64,000 bases of DNA from a virus, in the IMG/VR virus record IMGVR_UViG_3300034418_007971, positions 7,489 through 71,488 of that record, one strand, 5' to 3'. Positions 10,958 to 19,171 of the stretch are shown here, piece by piece (positions within the stretch are counted from its first letter, which is position 1; the number at the start of each line of letters is the position of its first letter). A program made the position numbers and the translations under genes. A model generated the notes under the pieces. That model was not told the origin of the DNA and made no database searches. It worked only from the letters and a program-made list of their open reading frames with translations.

Positions 10958-11200
10958 ATGATAAGATTGACAGAAGACCAGTTAGTTGAAATGATACAAC
11001 AGATTATAACTGAAAAGAAGAAAAAAAAGAAAAAGAAAAATACTTTATGTGCTAGAGGAAAATCAGCAGCTAAGGCTAAATATGATGTATATCCATCAGC
11101 CTACGCCAATGGTTACGCTGTTCAAGTTTGTAAAGGTACTAAACCTGGTTTAGATGGTAAAAAAAGATGTTCAGGAAAATATTGTTCGGGTAAAAAATAA
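10958..11200 (+). CDS. Small basic Cys-containing protein with N-terminal LTE tag
   Basis: MIRLTEDQL...IITE, poly-Lys, 'YPSAYANG' motif seen in phage basic proteins. Confidence 0.7.
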   Translation: MIRLTEDQLVEMIQQIITEKKKKKKKKNTLCARGKSAAKAKYDVYPSAYANGYAVQVCKGTKPGLDGKKRCSGKYCSGKK

Positions 11201-11229
11201 ACCCTATATTTGTAACAAACTTCCTGAAA

Positions 11230-11403
11230 ATGAATCAAGTTAATTACTACACATATCAACTTTTTAAAGAAGATAGACTAATAGCGGAGACTGAAGCAGC
11301 CACATTTGATAGAGCAATCGATTATTTTTTCGATACTCACCCTAAGGCTTACAGCGACTCAACTTATTCTTTTAAAAAAGTTAAAATGTCTCACGAACGT
11401 TAA
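11230..11403 (+). CDS. Small hypothetical protein (57 aa, not in ORF track)
   Basis: MNQVNYYTYQLFKEDRLIAETEAATFDRAIDYFFDTHPKAYSDSTYSFKKVKMSHER, preceded by TATATTTG at 11205-11212. Confidence 0.6.
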   Translation: MNQVNYYTYQLFKEDRLIAETEAATFDRAIDYFFDTHPKAYSDSTYSFKKVKMSHER

Positions 11404-11669
11404 TACTCCTCTATAAGTATTACCAAGTCCGTAGTACCCTTTATAACTCTATGAAAGGTTTCTTTCGGTATATCAAAAGTCACACCCTTTTTTAAAGGTA
11501 TAGGTAATTTATTATCCATCTGAAAATACCAATCGGTATCTTCGAGAACTTCTACTAAACGATTCTCCTTATCTCTATGCCAAACGAGTTCTTTCTCAGG
11601 AATATCTTGAGAAAAAACTCGTTTGAATTTATTAGATGATATATTTTCTTGTGAGTATATCATCACCAA
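11400..11669 (-). CDS. Small cupin-like protein
   Basis: 'LVWHRDKENR...W.FQMD...IPKETFHRVIKG' has cupin His spacing. Confidence 0.65.
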   Translation of the reverse strand: MVMIYSQENISSNKFKRVFSQDIPEKELVWHRDKENRLVEVLEDTDWYFQMDNKLPIPLKKGVTFDIPKETFHRVIKGTTDLVILIEEY

Positions 11670-12574
11670 AATCTACCTGAAACATTTTTACCGAAATCTT
11701 TATGGGCTCTACACGCCCAATACCCCGCCTTTGTCTTATCTTTTTTCTTTGCACACTGATGTCGAGCCGCAAATGACTTTCTTGCATCAGGGTCATTCCA
11801 CTTAGCGGTCATTGTAGGTGAGCCATAACTAACTTTCTTTATTTTACCTGTTTTAGGATTTCTAACGTACACATACCACTTTTTAGAACCACCTGATTTA
11901 GGTTTATTAAGAGACACTTCTTTACCTTTATATTCGGCCTCATTTAAAGTTTCATATTCAAAAGGGAAATCTAACGCCACTGTTTTACCACTTGTTAATT
12001 TTACAAAAGTACCCGCATCAGAATTTAAAATCTCCTCATCAAAATTATTAAATCTATATCCTTCTTTATATAGTTCTCTAGCCTCATTAATAAGGTCAAA
12101 GTATTTTTCACTACCATGTCTAAATGCGTTATCTGTAATAGATAAATTATTATCAAAGTGATATTGTAGTTCTTCAGAGATTTGTATTTTATTTAATATA
12201 GACTTATTAATACTTTCTCTAATTATATCTTTTATATACATAGATTCATTCTTTTTTTTCTTTTTATAGTTTTTAACTTTAATACGAGTAGGTTTTTTAC
12301 CTTTGGTATCTTTTGAACGTCCTTTTTCTTTTTCCCTTTTTCTTCTACAAGCAGAATCTTTAGCTGATTGAGACATTTTACCAGCAACACCTGCCGCTCT
12401 ACATACAGGATAACCTCCTTTATCACTATCACTTCTACCACAAGAAGGGTGACCACCTCCTTTTTTCTTTTTACAGATATTAACCCATGGACCTTTAGGT
12501 TGTTTTGAACCCTTCTTTTTTTTCTTTTTACCAAACCATACGGCTAAATCTTCTGATAAAATATACTTATCCAT
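11663..12574 (-). CDS. Basic multidomain virion-associated protein
   Basis: Lys-rich, Cys-containing N- and C-terminal modules ('KSFAARHQC...AGYWACR'); IRE/LNE sites; late motif upstream. Confidence 0.65.
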   Translation of the reverse strand: MDKYILSEDLAVWFGKKKKKKGSKQPKGPWVNICKKKKGGGHPSCGRSDSDKGGYPVCRAAGVAGKMSQSAKDSACRRKREKEKGRSKDTKGKKPTRIKVKNYKKKKKNESMYIKDIIRESINKSILNKIQISEELQYHFDNNLSITDNAFRHGSEKYFDLINEARELYKEGYRFNNFDEEILNSDAGTFVKLTSGKTVALDFPFEYETLNEAEYKGKEVSLNKPKSGGSKKWYVYVRNPKTGKIKKVSYGSPTMTAKWNDPDARKSFAARHQCAKKKDKTKAGYWACRAHKDFGKNVSGRFW

Positions 12575-12622
12575 TTGACTTTATGTTACTTTTTTATAAA
12601 TATTAGGTAAAACTCATTTATC

Positions 12623-12871
12623 ATGGAAGAAAATAACGAAAACGTAAACACTCTATTTAATACTATTAATTACAAAGAACCACACGAACTAAATAAGTTT
12701 ATAGATGAAATGAATGTAGACCAAGCGTTATTTTGTTTGGTTCATGCCACTCGACATGCACACAACCGTGGTTTGTACAATATTGAAGAATCTGAAGTTG
12801 TGTCTAAAGCTATAAGAACTCTGACTACACCCCAACCTTTACCAAAGGAAGAGTCTAATGACGAAGGATGA
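12623..12871 (+). CDS. Hypothetical protein
   Basis: 82-aa ORF, divergent from the previous gene. Confidence 0.7.
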   Translation: MEENNENVNTLFNTINYKEPHELNKFIDEMNVDQALFCLVHATRHAHNRGLYNIEESEVVSKAIRTLTTPQPLPKEESNDEG

Positions 12872-13061
12872 ATTAACGAGTAGAATTATTATTCTACAGT
12901 CTGAAATAACAGATGCGATTTTAAGTGGTCACAAAGCACATGATGAAGATGAATTTAAATCACATAGAATCGAATTAATGATACTTCGTTGTATGTTATA
13001 TGGTGAAGATTCTAAAATCTGTAAAACTGAAAAGGCAAATTGTAGAAATTGTAAGAAATAA
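12858..13061 (+). CDS. Hypothetical protein
   Basis: 67-aa ORF ending at a terminator. Confidence 0.6.
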   Translation: MTKDELTSRIIILQSEITDAILSGHKAHDEDEFKSHRIELMILRCMLYGEDSKICKTEKANCRNCKK

Positions 13062-13093
13062 AAAAGGGAGACCGAAGTCTCCCTTTTCTTTTT
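13061..13093. terminator. Bidirectional intrinsic terminator
   Basis: AAAAAGGGAGAC-CGAA-GTCTCCCTTTT between convergent genes; terminates the MCP transcript. Confidence 0.85.
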
Positions 13094-13110
13094 ATGTTTA
13101 AGATATAATA

Positions 13111-14895
13111 TTATCTTAACTCTCTTAGGTCGAATGTTCTAACACCATCAACTGTAATCTTACCGTAGAAACGGTTGTTCACCATCTTCTTAGCGTATCT
13201 TGTCATGATACCCTTGATTGGTGTAAAGTTGAATGGGTTGTACATTGTTGGAGTCAACTGTAGAGGTACGTATGGAGCGTATACATATCCTGTGTCAAGT
13301 AATGATGAACCCTTGTGTCCCAACAATACTGTGTTTGGTGGGAAGTATGGGTCACGGTAAACTTGATATCTACCTGATAATGTACCAACTCTTTCGATAC
13401 CCATGTTGTAGTTGTCCTGGTCAGGAGCCGCGTTTGAAACGTGGAAGTACTCAAGGTCATCGAAGATTGCTGAAATCTCTGAAGATACAACAATCCAGTT
13501 AGCACCACCTCTTAGAGTTGATTTATGGATTTGTGCAGAAATCTGATTGATTGCAGTAATCAATGTCTGATTCCAATCCTTTTGGTTGTAGTTGACAGAA
13601 CCGTTAGATACTCTCTTCCAACCGTTGTAGTCCCATCTTAATGACCAAGCTGCACCTTTTCTTAAGTCTCTTAAAATCTCACGGTCAATCTCTGCAGCTA
13701 CCTGCTCTGACAACAATGCTGTCAATTCAGCTTCCGCGTCGATGTTGTGGAATGCAGAGACGTCTTGTGCGAGTTCTGGTGACCACTGAGCTCTTAACTT
13801 TCTTTCTGTAACAGAAACAGTAACAGCTTCTAAGTCGAATGAAACTTCACCGATAGCGTCTTCAAATTCTAATGTCTCATAAACTCTGTATGAACCAACG
13901 AAGGTATCTCCTGATGCAATTGTTGAACCTGTGTATCCGTCTAATGACTGTGTTCCAATCTCAACTGGAGTTGAGAAATCAACCTCCAAGTAGATTTTAC
14001 CTTCAACATCACATACATTGTCGTACTTTCCGCCAGGACCAGGGTAAGAACCACTATAGAAAGTAGTCTGTTGCTCGTTACCATAGTTAACGATACCCTT
14101 ACCGTACTTCTGAGTTACAACTCTAAAGTTATAATAAGTGTCAGTAGCGCCGGTTTTGTAAGTTTCTAATGATGCTAAGAAGTCCTCAGTATCCATTTCT
14201 TGTCCGTCAGGACCTATTAATTTACTAGCACCTGCTGATGAGAATCCTGTCATCATAAAGATTAATGACCTTACGTTTGCACTTGCTGCAGTACCTGTAC
14301 CACCAGACGCGTAACTTAAAGCAACATCTAGTGTAGTTGCGGTTAAAACACCGTTGTTCCATCTAACAGGAACTAATGTTGGTGTTTGCTCTGCGTAAGC
14401 ACCCTTCGAGTAATCGAACAACCCAGCTGGGTCTGAATTTGGTGTACTACCTTCGTAGAAACGGTCATATAAGTTAGTTGAATTTGTGTAACCTGAATCT
14501 GTTGTTGATGGACCGTTTGGTGCTCCGAATGGAGGAATGTGAGTTCCATCAGCGTTTCTGTTCTGAATCTTTGGAACAAAGTAGAACAACTTACCGATTG
14601 GTAGGTTCATAGCTTGAACTGAAACGATGTCGTTAGCCAATAACTTAGAGAAAACTCTTCTTACGATTGGGAAAACAACTGTTTCGAAAGAACCTGAACT
14701 GTCAGATGCCGCCGCTTCGTTTATCAAATATGATGCTTGGTTCTCATATAACTGAGCCATATTTTCTTTAGTGTGGCCTTTAAGACCATCGAGGAACCCT
14801 AATTTGTCCCACTTGTTAATTGTGTCCTCCTTGATAACCTTAAGGTGCTTAAGACCGATGTTACCAACTAGACCTGATTCTAATAATGCTCCCAT
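13111..14895 (-). CDS. Major capsid protein (T4 gp23-like)
   Basis: PIVRRVF, VSVQAM..P.G..F, RKLRAQWSPELAQD..AFH.IDAEAEL, EIDREI, YAPYVPL, F.P..GIMTRY. Confidence 0.97.
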   Translation of the reverse strand: MGALLESGLVGNIGLKHLKVIKEDTINKWDKLGFLDGLKGHTKENMAQLYENQASYLINEAAASDSSGSFETVVFPIVRRVFSKLLANDIVSVQAMNLPIGKLFYFVPKIQNRNADGTHIPPFGAPNGPSTTDSGYTNSTNLYDRFYEGSTPNSDPAGLFDYSKGAYAEQTPTLVPVRWNNGVLTATTLDVALSYASGGTGTAASANVRSLIFMMTGFSSAGASKLIGPDGQEMDTEDFLASLETYKTGATDTYYNFRVVTQKYGKGIVNYGNEQQTTFYSGSYPGPGGKYDNVCDVEGKIYLEVDFSTPVEIGTQSLDGYTGSTIASGDTFVGSYRVYETLEFEDAIGEVSFDLEAVTVSVTERKLRAQWSPELAQDVSAFHNIDAEAELTALLSEQVAAEIDREILRDLRKGAAWSLRWDYNGWKRVSNGSVNYNQKDWNQTLITAINQISAQIHKSTLRGGANWIVVSSEISAIFDDLEYFHVSNAAPDQDNYNMGIERVGTLSGRYQVYRDPYFPPNTVLLGHKGSSLLDTGYVYAPYVPLQLTPTMYNPFNFTPIKGIMTRYAKKMVNNRFYGKITVDGVRTFDLRELR

Positions 14896-14922
14896 TTTAA
14901 TATTTTTTAAGGAAATTTATTT

Positions 14923-16314
14923 TTATTTTAATTTACTCATTAAATCTCTCATTCTTAAGAACTGAGGATTTTCATAAGTTTTACTTTCGATAAGATTGTT
15001 TGCTGAACCTTTAGTTGGAGTTTTAGTAACTTTAGATTGTACTGATTCAGTAACAACGTTAGTTTCTTTTCCACCTAAATCTTCTTTAACTGTCTTATAT
15101 AAAGATTTTGATTCTTTAAGAGTCTCGACACCATCGAAACGTCTTAAAATATTTATTTTCTCTTGCTTCGTAGTAGAATGCTCAGTGAATAAACGAGTAG
15201 CGTAAGCTAAATTAGAGTTGAAAACAGCCACTTCGTTAAGCTTCTCTTTGAAAACATTAAGTGCCTTACGGTACTCTTCATTCTTTTCTCTAAGTTGTTT
15301 AACTTCTGCTTTTAATTCTTCATTTTCTCTTACCGCGGGTCTTAATCTACCCTTAGCATAAGTTCTCACCTCTTCAGGTGCAGATTTAGCGTTTGGGTAC
15401 TTTCGTAAAGACGCATTAGTTCTAGCAGTTTCAGTGGTTTCACCTTCGTTACTTTCGTAATCTCTGTGTGACTTAGACTCATCGCCTTTGTTCCCACCGT
15501 AATCACCTTCGTTAGTTTCGTAATCTCTGTGTGACTTAGACTCATCGCCTTTGTTCCCACCGTAATCACCTTCGTTAGTTTCGTAATCTCTGTGTGACCT
15601 AGACTCATCGCCTTTGTTCCCACCGTAATCACCTTCACTCATTTCTTCTTCGTCAGCTTCTTCTTCACCAATCTCGATTTCATATACCACTTCTTCTTCT
15701 TCTTCCATGTGGTCTTCTTCTGTGTACTCACCTTCATATGCTTCTTCTTCTGATTCACCTAACTGAATAACGTATTCAGCATCGGTCTCTTCGTCTGATA
15801 AATGAACGTCACCACCGTCTTGCTTTACAATGATACCGTCTTCTTCACCCATAGCTTTAAATACCTTTAGTATTTCGTCATCAGAAGCTGCGGTTAAATC
15901 GAGAGGTAAAAGAACCTCTTCTTCATCATCAACTTCCAAGTCGTCACCAGGTAAATCGGTCATTAACATTTCCTCATCACCCAAGTCTAACTCTTCGTCG
16001 TTATCAGATTCCATATCGTCACCCATATCAAGACCTAAGTCTTCAAGAGCGTCTTCCATGTCACCTTCTGCGTCATCAACTTCAACCTCATCTTCAACGT
16101 CAATTTCTTCCTGTTCGGACATTTCAACATTTTCTTCTTCAGTTTCTGTTTCAGACATTTCAACCTCTTCTTCACTAAGAGATTCTTTTACTAATTCACT
16201 GATTTCTTCCTTCATAGTAGAAGCAAGTATTCCTTTTGCATTATTAGTTATGGCTTCTTGTAGATTTTCCATCTGCAATAAAGCTTCTTCAACTAGGTTT
16301 TTTTTGTCTGCCAT
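14923..16314 (-). CDS. Prohead core scaffolding protein
   Basis: Very acidic coiled-coil protein between the protease and MCP. Start set at MADKK, downstream of the late motif at 16351. Confidence 0.8.
   Translation of the reverse strand: MADKKNLVEEALLQMENLQEAITNNAKGILASTMKEEISELVKESLSEEEVEMSETETEEENVEMSEQEEIDVEDEVEVDDAEGDMEDALEDLGLDMGDDMESDNDEELDLGDEEMLMTDLPGDDLEVDDEEEVLLPLDLTAASDDEILKVFKAMGEEDGIIVKQDGGDVHLSDEETDAEYVIQLGESEEEAYEGEYTEEDHMEEEEEVVYEIEIGEEEADEEEMSEGDYGGNKGDESRSHRDYETNEGDYGGNKGDESKSHRDYETNEGDYGGNKGDESKSHRDYESNEGETTETARTNASLRKYPNAKSAPEEVRTYAKGRLRPAVRENEELKAEVKQLREKNEEYRKALNVFKEKLNEVAVFNSNLAYATRLFTEHSTTKQEKINILRRFDGVETLKESKSLYKTVKEDLGGKETNVVTESVQSKVTKTPTKGSANNLIESKTYENPQFLRMRDLMSKLK
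15440..15636 (-). repeat. 63-nt tandem repeat x3 (EGDYGGNKGDESKSHRDYETN)
   Basis: CACCTTC recurs at 15441, 15504, 15567 and 15630; units are near-identical. Confidence 0.95.
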
Positions 16315-16396
16315 ATTATTTTTTTGCAAAAAAGTTTATTATAGTTATCATATAAATATGTTAAATATGAAAAAAGTGTTTTTTTAATAACTTTAA

Positions 16397-16430
16397 GCAA
16401 AAAAAAATCGGGGATAACCCCGATTCAAAA
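16397..16430 (-). terminator. Intrinsic terminator
   Basis: AATCGGGG-ATAA-CCCCGATT hairpin with an A-tract on its left (U-tract on the minus strand). Confidence 0.7.
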
Positions 16431-16448
16431 ATCTTTTTTTATTTTAAA

Positions 16449-16658
16449 TTACTCATACACCTCGTCGATTTTACTCTCAACACACGCTGTGATTCTCCAA
16501 TCGTAAACAAAATCCTTAAAGCTTTGAGTAACTTTAGCTTCAACGTCAGTTACGTTAAAACCCTTAACAAGTTTTTCTTCTCTAACTTTTTTAATTTTAC
16601 CTGAGTTTTCATCAGGGAGGTCATACTGAACTTTTGCCACAAAATACTTTTCGTCCAT
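16449..16658 (-). CDS. DUF4494-like small protein
   Basis: 'YFVAKVQY...GKIKKVREEKLV......VEAKV...I.E' resembles the N-half of the Bacteroidota DUF4494 family. Confidence 0.55.
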   Translation of the reverse strand: MDEKYFVAKVQYDLPDENSGKIKKVREEKLVKGFNVTDVEAKVTQSFKDFVYDWRITACVESKIDEVYE

Positions 16659-16677
16659 GTTTTTTTATTTAAAAGGT

Positions 16678-17400
16678 TTAATAACCTAAATAATCGGAAA
16701 GTCTTTTCATTAAGTCAACACTTTTACCTAAACCACCATCAATCTTTGGTTCTTGTGACCTTAACTGAGTCTCTTCCTCTAAACTTTCTTCATACTTACC
16801 CTTATCATTTTTATCTAAGAATAGATATGCACCTGGTGTAGATGGAGATGAAACTAAATCAAAACAGATTAATTCAAAATCGTCTTGTACTTCATTTCTT
16901 TCACCTTTCTTTACTAATGAGCCAACACCACGAGAAGAAACACCCATAGTGACTCCTTGTCTCATTAAATTAGCCGCTTGGTCACCTGGACACGAAACTA
17001 CACCCTCTGTATGAAATCCAGGTGATGTCAATAATTTAATCTTTCCCATAAGTGTGTTACCTTCCCACCATACGTCTGTGATTAAGTGTGAGACACGGTC
17101 CAAATCTATCAAAGATGATTCAGGGTGGTTAAGTTCAGATATTGATAATCCTTTTTCGATTGCTTTTTTATAAACGTCAGCTTCTCTACGTAAAATCTTT
17201 TCAGGATACACTCTACCGTTTCTATTGGGGGTATCGTATTTTTGTAACGTCGCGTAAAACTCAAATGGTTTTGAATGGTCTAATTGACCATAAGACTCTT
17301 TTATAACTTGTGAATTACGGCTATCGTTAGGATTTACAAATCCGGCATCCCACTCTACTAAGATACCTTTACCTGAATCGTTTGGTCCTAAAATCTTCAT
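16678..17400 (-). CDS. Prohead maturation protease (T4 gp21-like)
   Basis: NRNGRVYP, ELNHP, VSH, GVSSRGVGS, FDLVSSPSTPGAY. Confidence 0.95.
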   Translation of the reverse strand: MKILGPNDSGKGILVEWDAGFVNPNDSRNSQVIKESYGQLDHSKPFEFYATLQKYDTPNRNGRVYPEKILRREADVYKKAIEKGLSISELNHPESSLIDLDRVSHLITDVWWEGNTLMGKIKLLTSPGFHTEGVVSCPGDQAANLMRQGVTMGVSSRGVGSLVKKGERNEVQDDFELICFDLVSSPSTPGAYLFLDKNDKGKYEESLEEETQLRSQEPKIDGGLGKSVDLMKRLSDYLGY

Positions 17401-17420
17401 GTTTTTTCTTTATAAATATA

Positions 17421-17864
17421 TCAGACCACTTCTTTTGTCGTTTTACTCTTGTGTATTTCAAAATACTTCATACCTCTTAAGCAATCGGTATACACTGCTT
17501 GAATGACTTTTTTAATATTTTCTTTTAGTTTTGTTGATTTAAAATCTAAGTGATTTTTAAGATATAAGGTGATTTCTAAGTTCATAAAACTTCTTTTACC
17601 TCTTTGTATTCCACTACTTCTTAAATCTAAATCCACTATATTATGTTTTTCGAAAACTTCGGTATTTAAAACTTCTAATAAGACGTGTTTAATATTACGC
17701 TCCATAGTCCCTGTCGCTCTATCCCAATTCTCAAACTCTTTTATGGGTTCTACCCATGATTGTAAAACAATATAAACTGTTTTTAAATTTTTGGCATCTA
17801 CTGTACCGTAATAACATTTTGAGTCATTGAATATTTTTAATTGTGACGTTTTTCCTTTTTTCAT
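17421..17864 (-). CDS. Hypothetical protein
   Basis: 147-aa ORF within the head cluster. Confidence 0.7.
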   Translation of the reverse strand: MKKGKTSQLKIFNDSKCYYGTVDAKNLKTVYIVLQSWVEPIKEFENWDRATGTMERNIKHVLLEVLNTEVFEKHNIVDLDLRSSGIQRGKRSFMNLEITLYLKNHLDFKSTKLKENIKKVIQAVYTDCLRGMKYFEIHKSKTTKEVV

Positions 17865-17962
17865 ATAAATTCATACTTACAAAGTTTATTGATTTGTATT
17901 AAATATACTATATTTGTAGTTATATGTCAAAAACATATATTTATAGATAAACAAATTTATAT

Positions 17963-18148
17963 ATGCTAATTATTAAGGTGAAAAATAAGAATATAGAGGC
18001 GGCTCTTAAAAACTACAAATATAAAGTTTACAAGACTAAGCAACTTCAGAACCTTAATAAAAATAAGGAGTACACAAAGGATTCAGTGGAAAAAAGAGAA
18101 AAAATGAAAAAAGCAATTTATGTGAATAAGAAGAGAAACGACCTTTAA
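17963..18148 (+). CDS. rpsU: Phage-encoded ribosomal protein bS21
   Basis: MLIIKV...NIEAALK.YK.K....QL...YTKDSV.KR....KAIY matches Bacteroidota bS21. Lies opposite the head genes, as in described bS21 phages. Confidence 0.85.
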   Translation: MLIIKVKNKNIEAALKNYKYKVYKTKQLQNLNKNKEYTKDSVEKREKMKKAIYVNKKRNDL

Positions 18149-18161
18149 GAGTTAGAATACA

Positions 18162-18392
18162 TTATTCTTCAACTCCTTTACTTCTTGAAAATTTTTCAAG
18201 TGTGGTAAATCCTAACCCCGCACCTACAATATACATCATACCGTCCCACACATATTTTTGTAACGGTATATCCATAAAAATGTTAGCAACAAAGGCAATA
18301 CACATCATGAAAAATGCGATTATGGTAACAAACCTTTTTGATGACTTTTGACCATCAACGTCACCTAATAATGATGTAAAAAATCTTTTCAT
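18162..18392 (-). CDS. Two-TM membrane protein (holin-like)
   Basis: 'SSKRF' followed by two hydrophobic helices; 76 aa. Confidence 0.55.
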   Translation of the reverse strand: MKRFFTSLLGDVDGQKSSKRFVTIIAFFMMCIAFVANIFMDIPLQKYVWDGMMYIVGAGLGFTTLEKFSRSKGVEE

Positions 18393-19126
18393 TATAACCC
18401 CTTTTCTAATTGCTTAAGTCTATAAAGAGATGTAAGGGTATAATCAGTTTCGTTTATTTTATTTAAAGTTTTTTGAATCTTTTCTTTAAGTTCGTTATCG
18501 TTAGATTCATTTAAATTATTACTTAATTTACTATAGACAGATTTCTTAGACTTATCTATTTCCTCTATTAATTGGTTCTTATTTAGTGACGTAAAAAATT
18601 TAAACTCCTTTTTCTCTTCCTCATTAAGTGAAGAAAACTCTTTATTAAATGTTTTAGTGGCAATCTGTAACATAGAAGAAATAGGTATATTCAAACTAGA
18701 TTCATTTATTTCAACTATATCATTACTTAATAAATTTTTCTTAATTCTATTTTTAGATTCTAATAATGACTCTAGATTTTTAGTTACATTTTTAGTATAA
18801 ACTTGAATATCGATATCACTGTAATTGTTATTAGTTTCAATAACTAATTGGTTAATCCACTGACTAATCTTATTAATTTCATTTTGGTTATCATCAATTA
18901 AACTTCTTAGTTGTTCAAACGATTCAGAGATATACTCGTCTACAATAGTTTCGTTTAAACCTTTTTTAGATGATAATTCATCGTAAATAAAATATACTTC
19001 ACATAAGTCACTATTTTCAAGTATCATAGATTTAAATGACTTAATATGAGTTTTAAAATCTTGTTTTCCGTAAGTTGATTCGAATAACTTTTCAATCTTG
19101 GTTTTGATGATTCCGAATGATGTCAT
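18392..19126 (-). CDS. Hypothetical helical head-cluster protein
   Basis: 244 aa; late motif upstream; several LxE/IxE sites. Confidence 0.65.
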   Translation of the reverse strand: MTSFGIIKTKIEKLFESTYGKQDFKTHIKSFKSMILENSDLCEVYFIYDELSSKKGLNETIVDEYISESFEQLRSLIDDNQNEINKISQWINQLVIETNNNYSDIDIQVYTKNVTKNLESLLESKNRIKKNLLSNDIVEINESSLNIPISSMLQIATKTFNKEFSSLNEEEKKEFKFFTSLNKNQLIEEIDKSKKSVYSKLSNNLNESNDNELKEKIQKTLNKINETDYTLTSLYRLKQLEKGL

Positions 19127-19171
19127 GATATTTTTTTATATAAATATCATGTAAGTAGTATTATTCACAAT

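Noticed and set aside
15440-15636. 63-nt repeats as CRISPR or ncRNA
   Set aside because: In-frame coding tandem repeats with no spacers.
15830-16387. 185-aa Ser-rich plus-strand ORF
   Set aside because: Antisense shadow of the Glu/Asp-rich scaffold gene.
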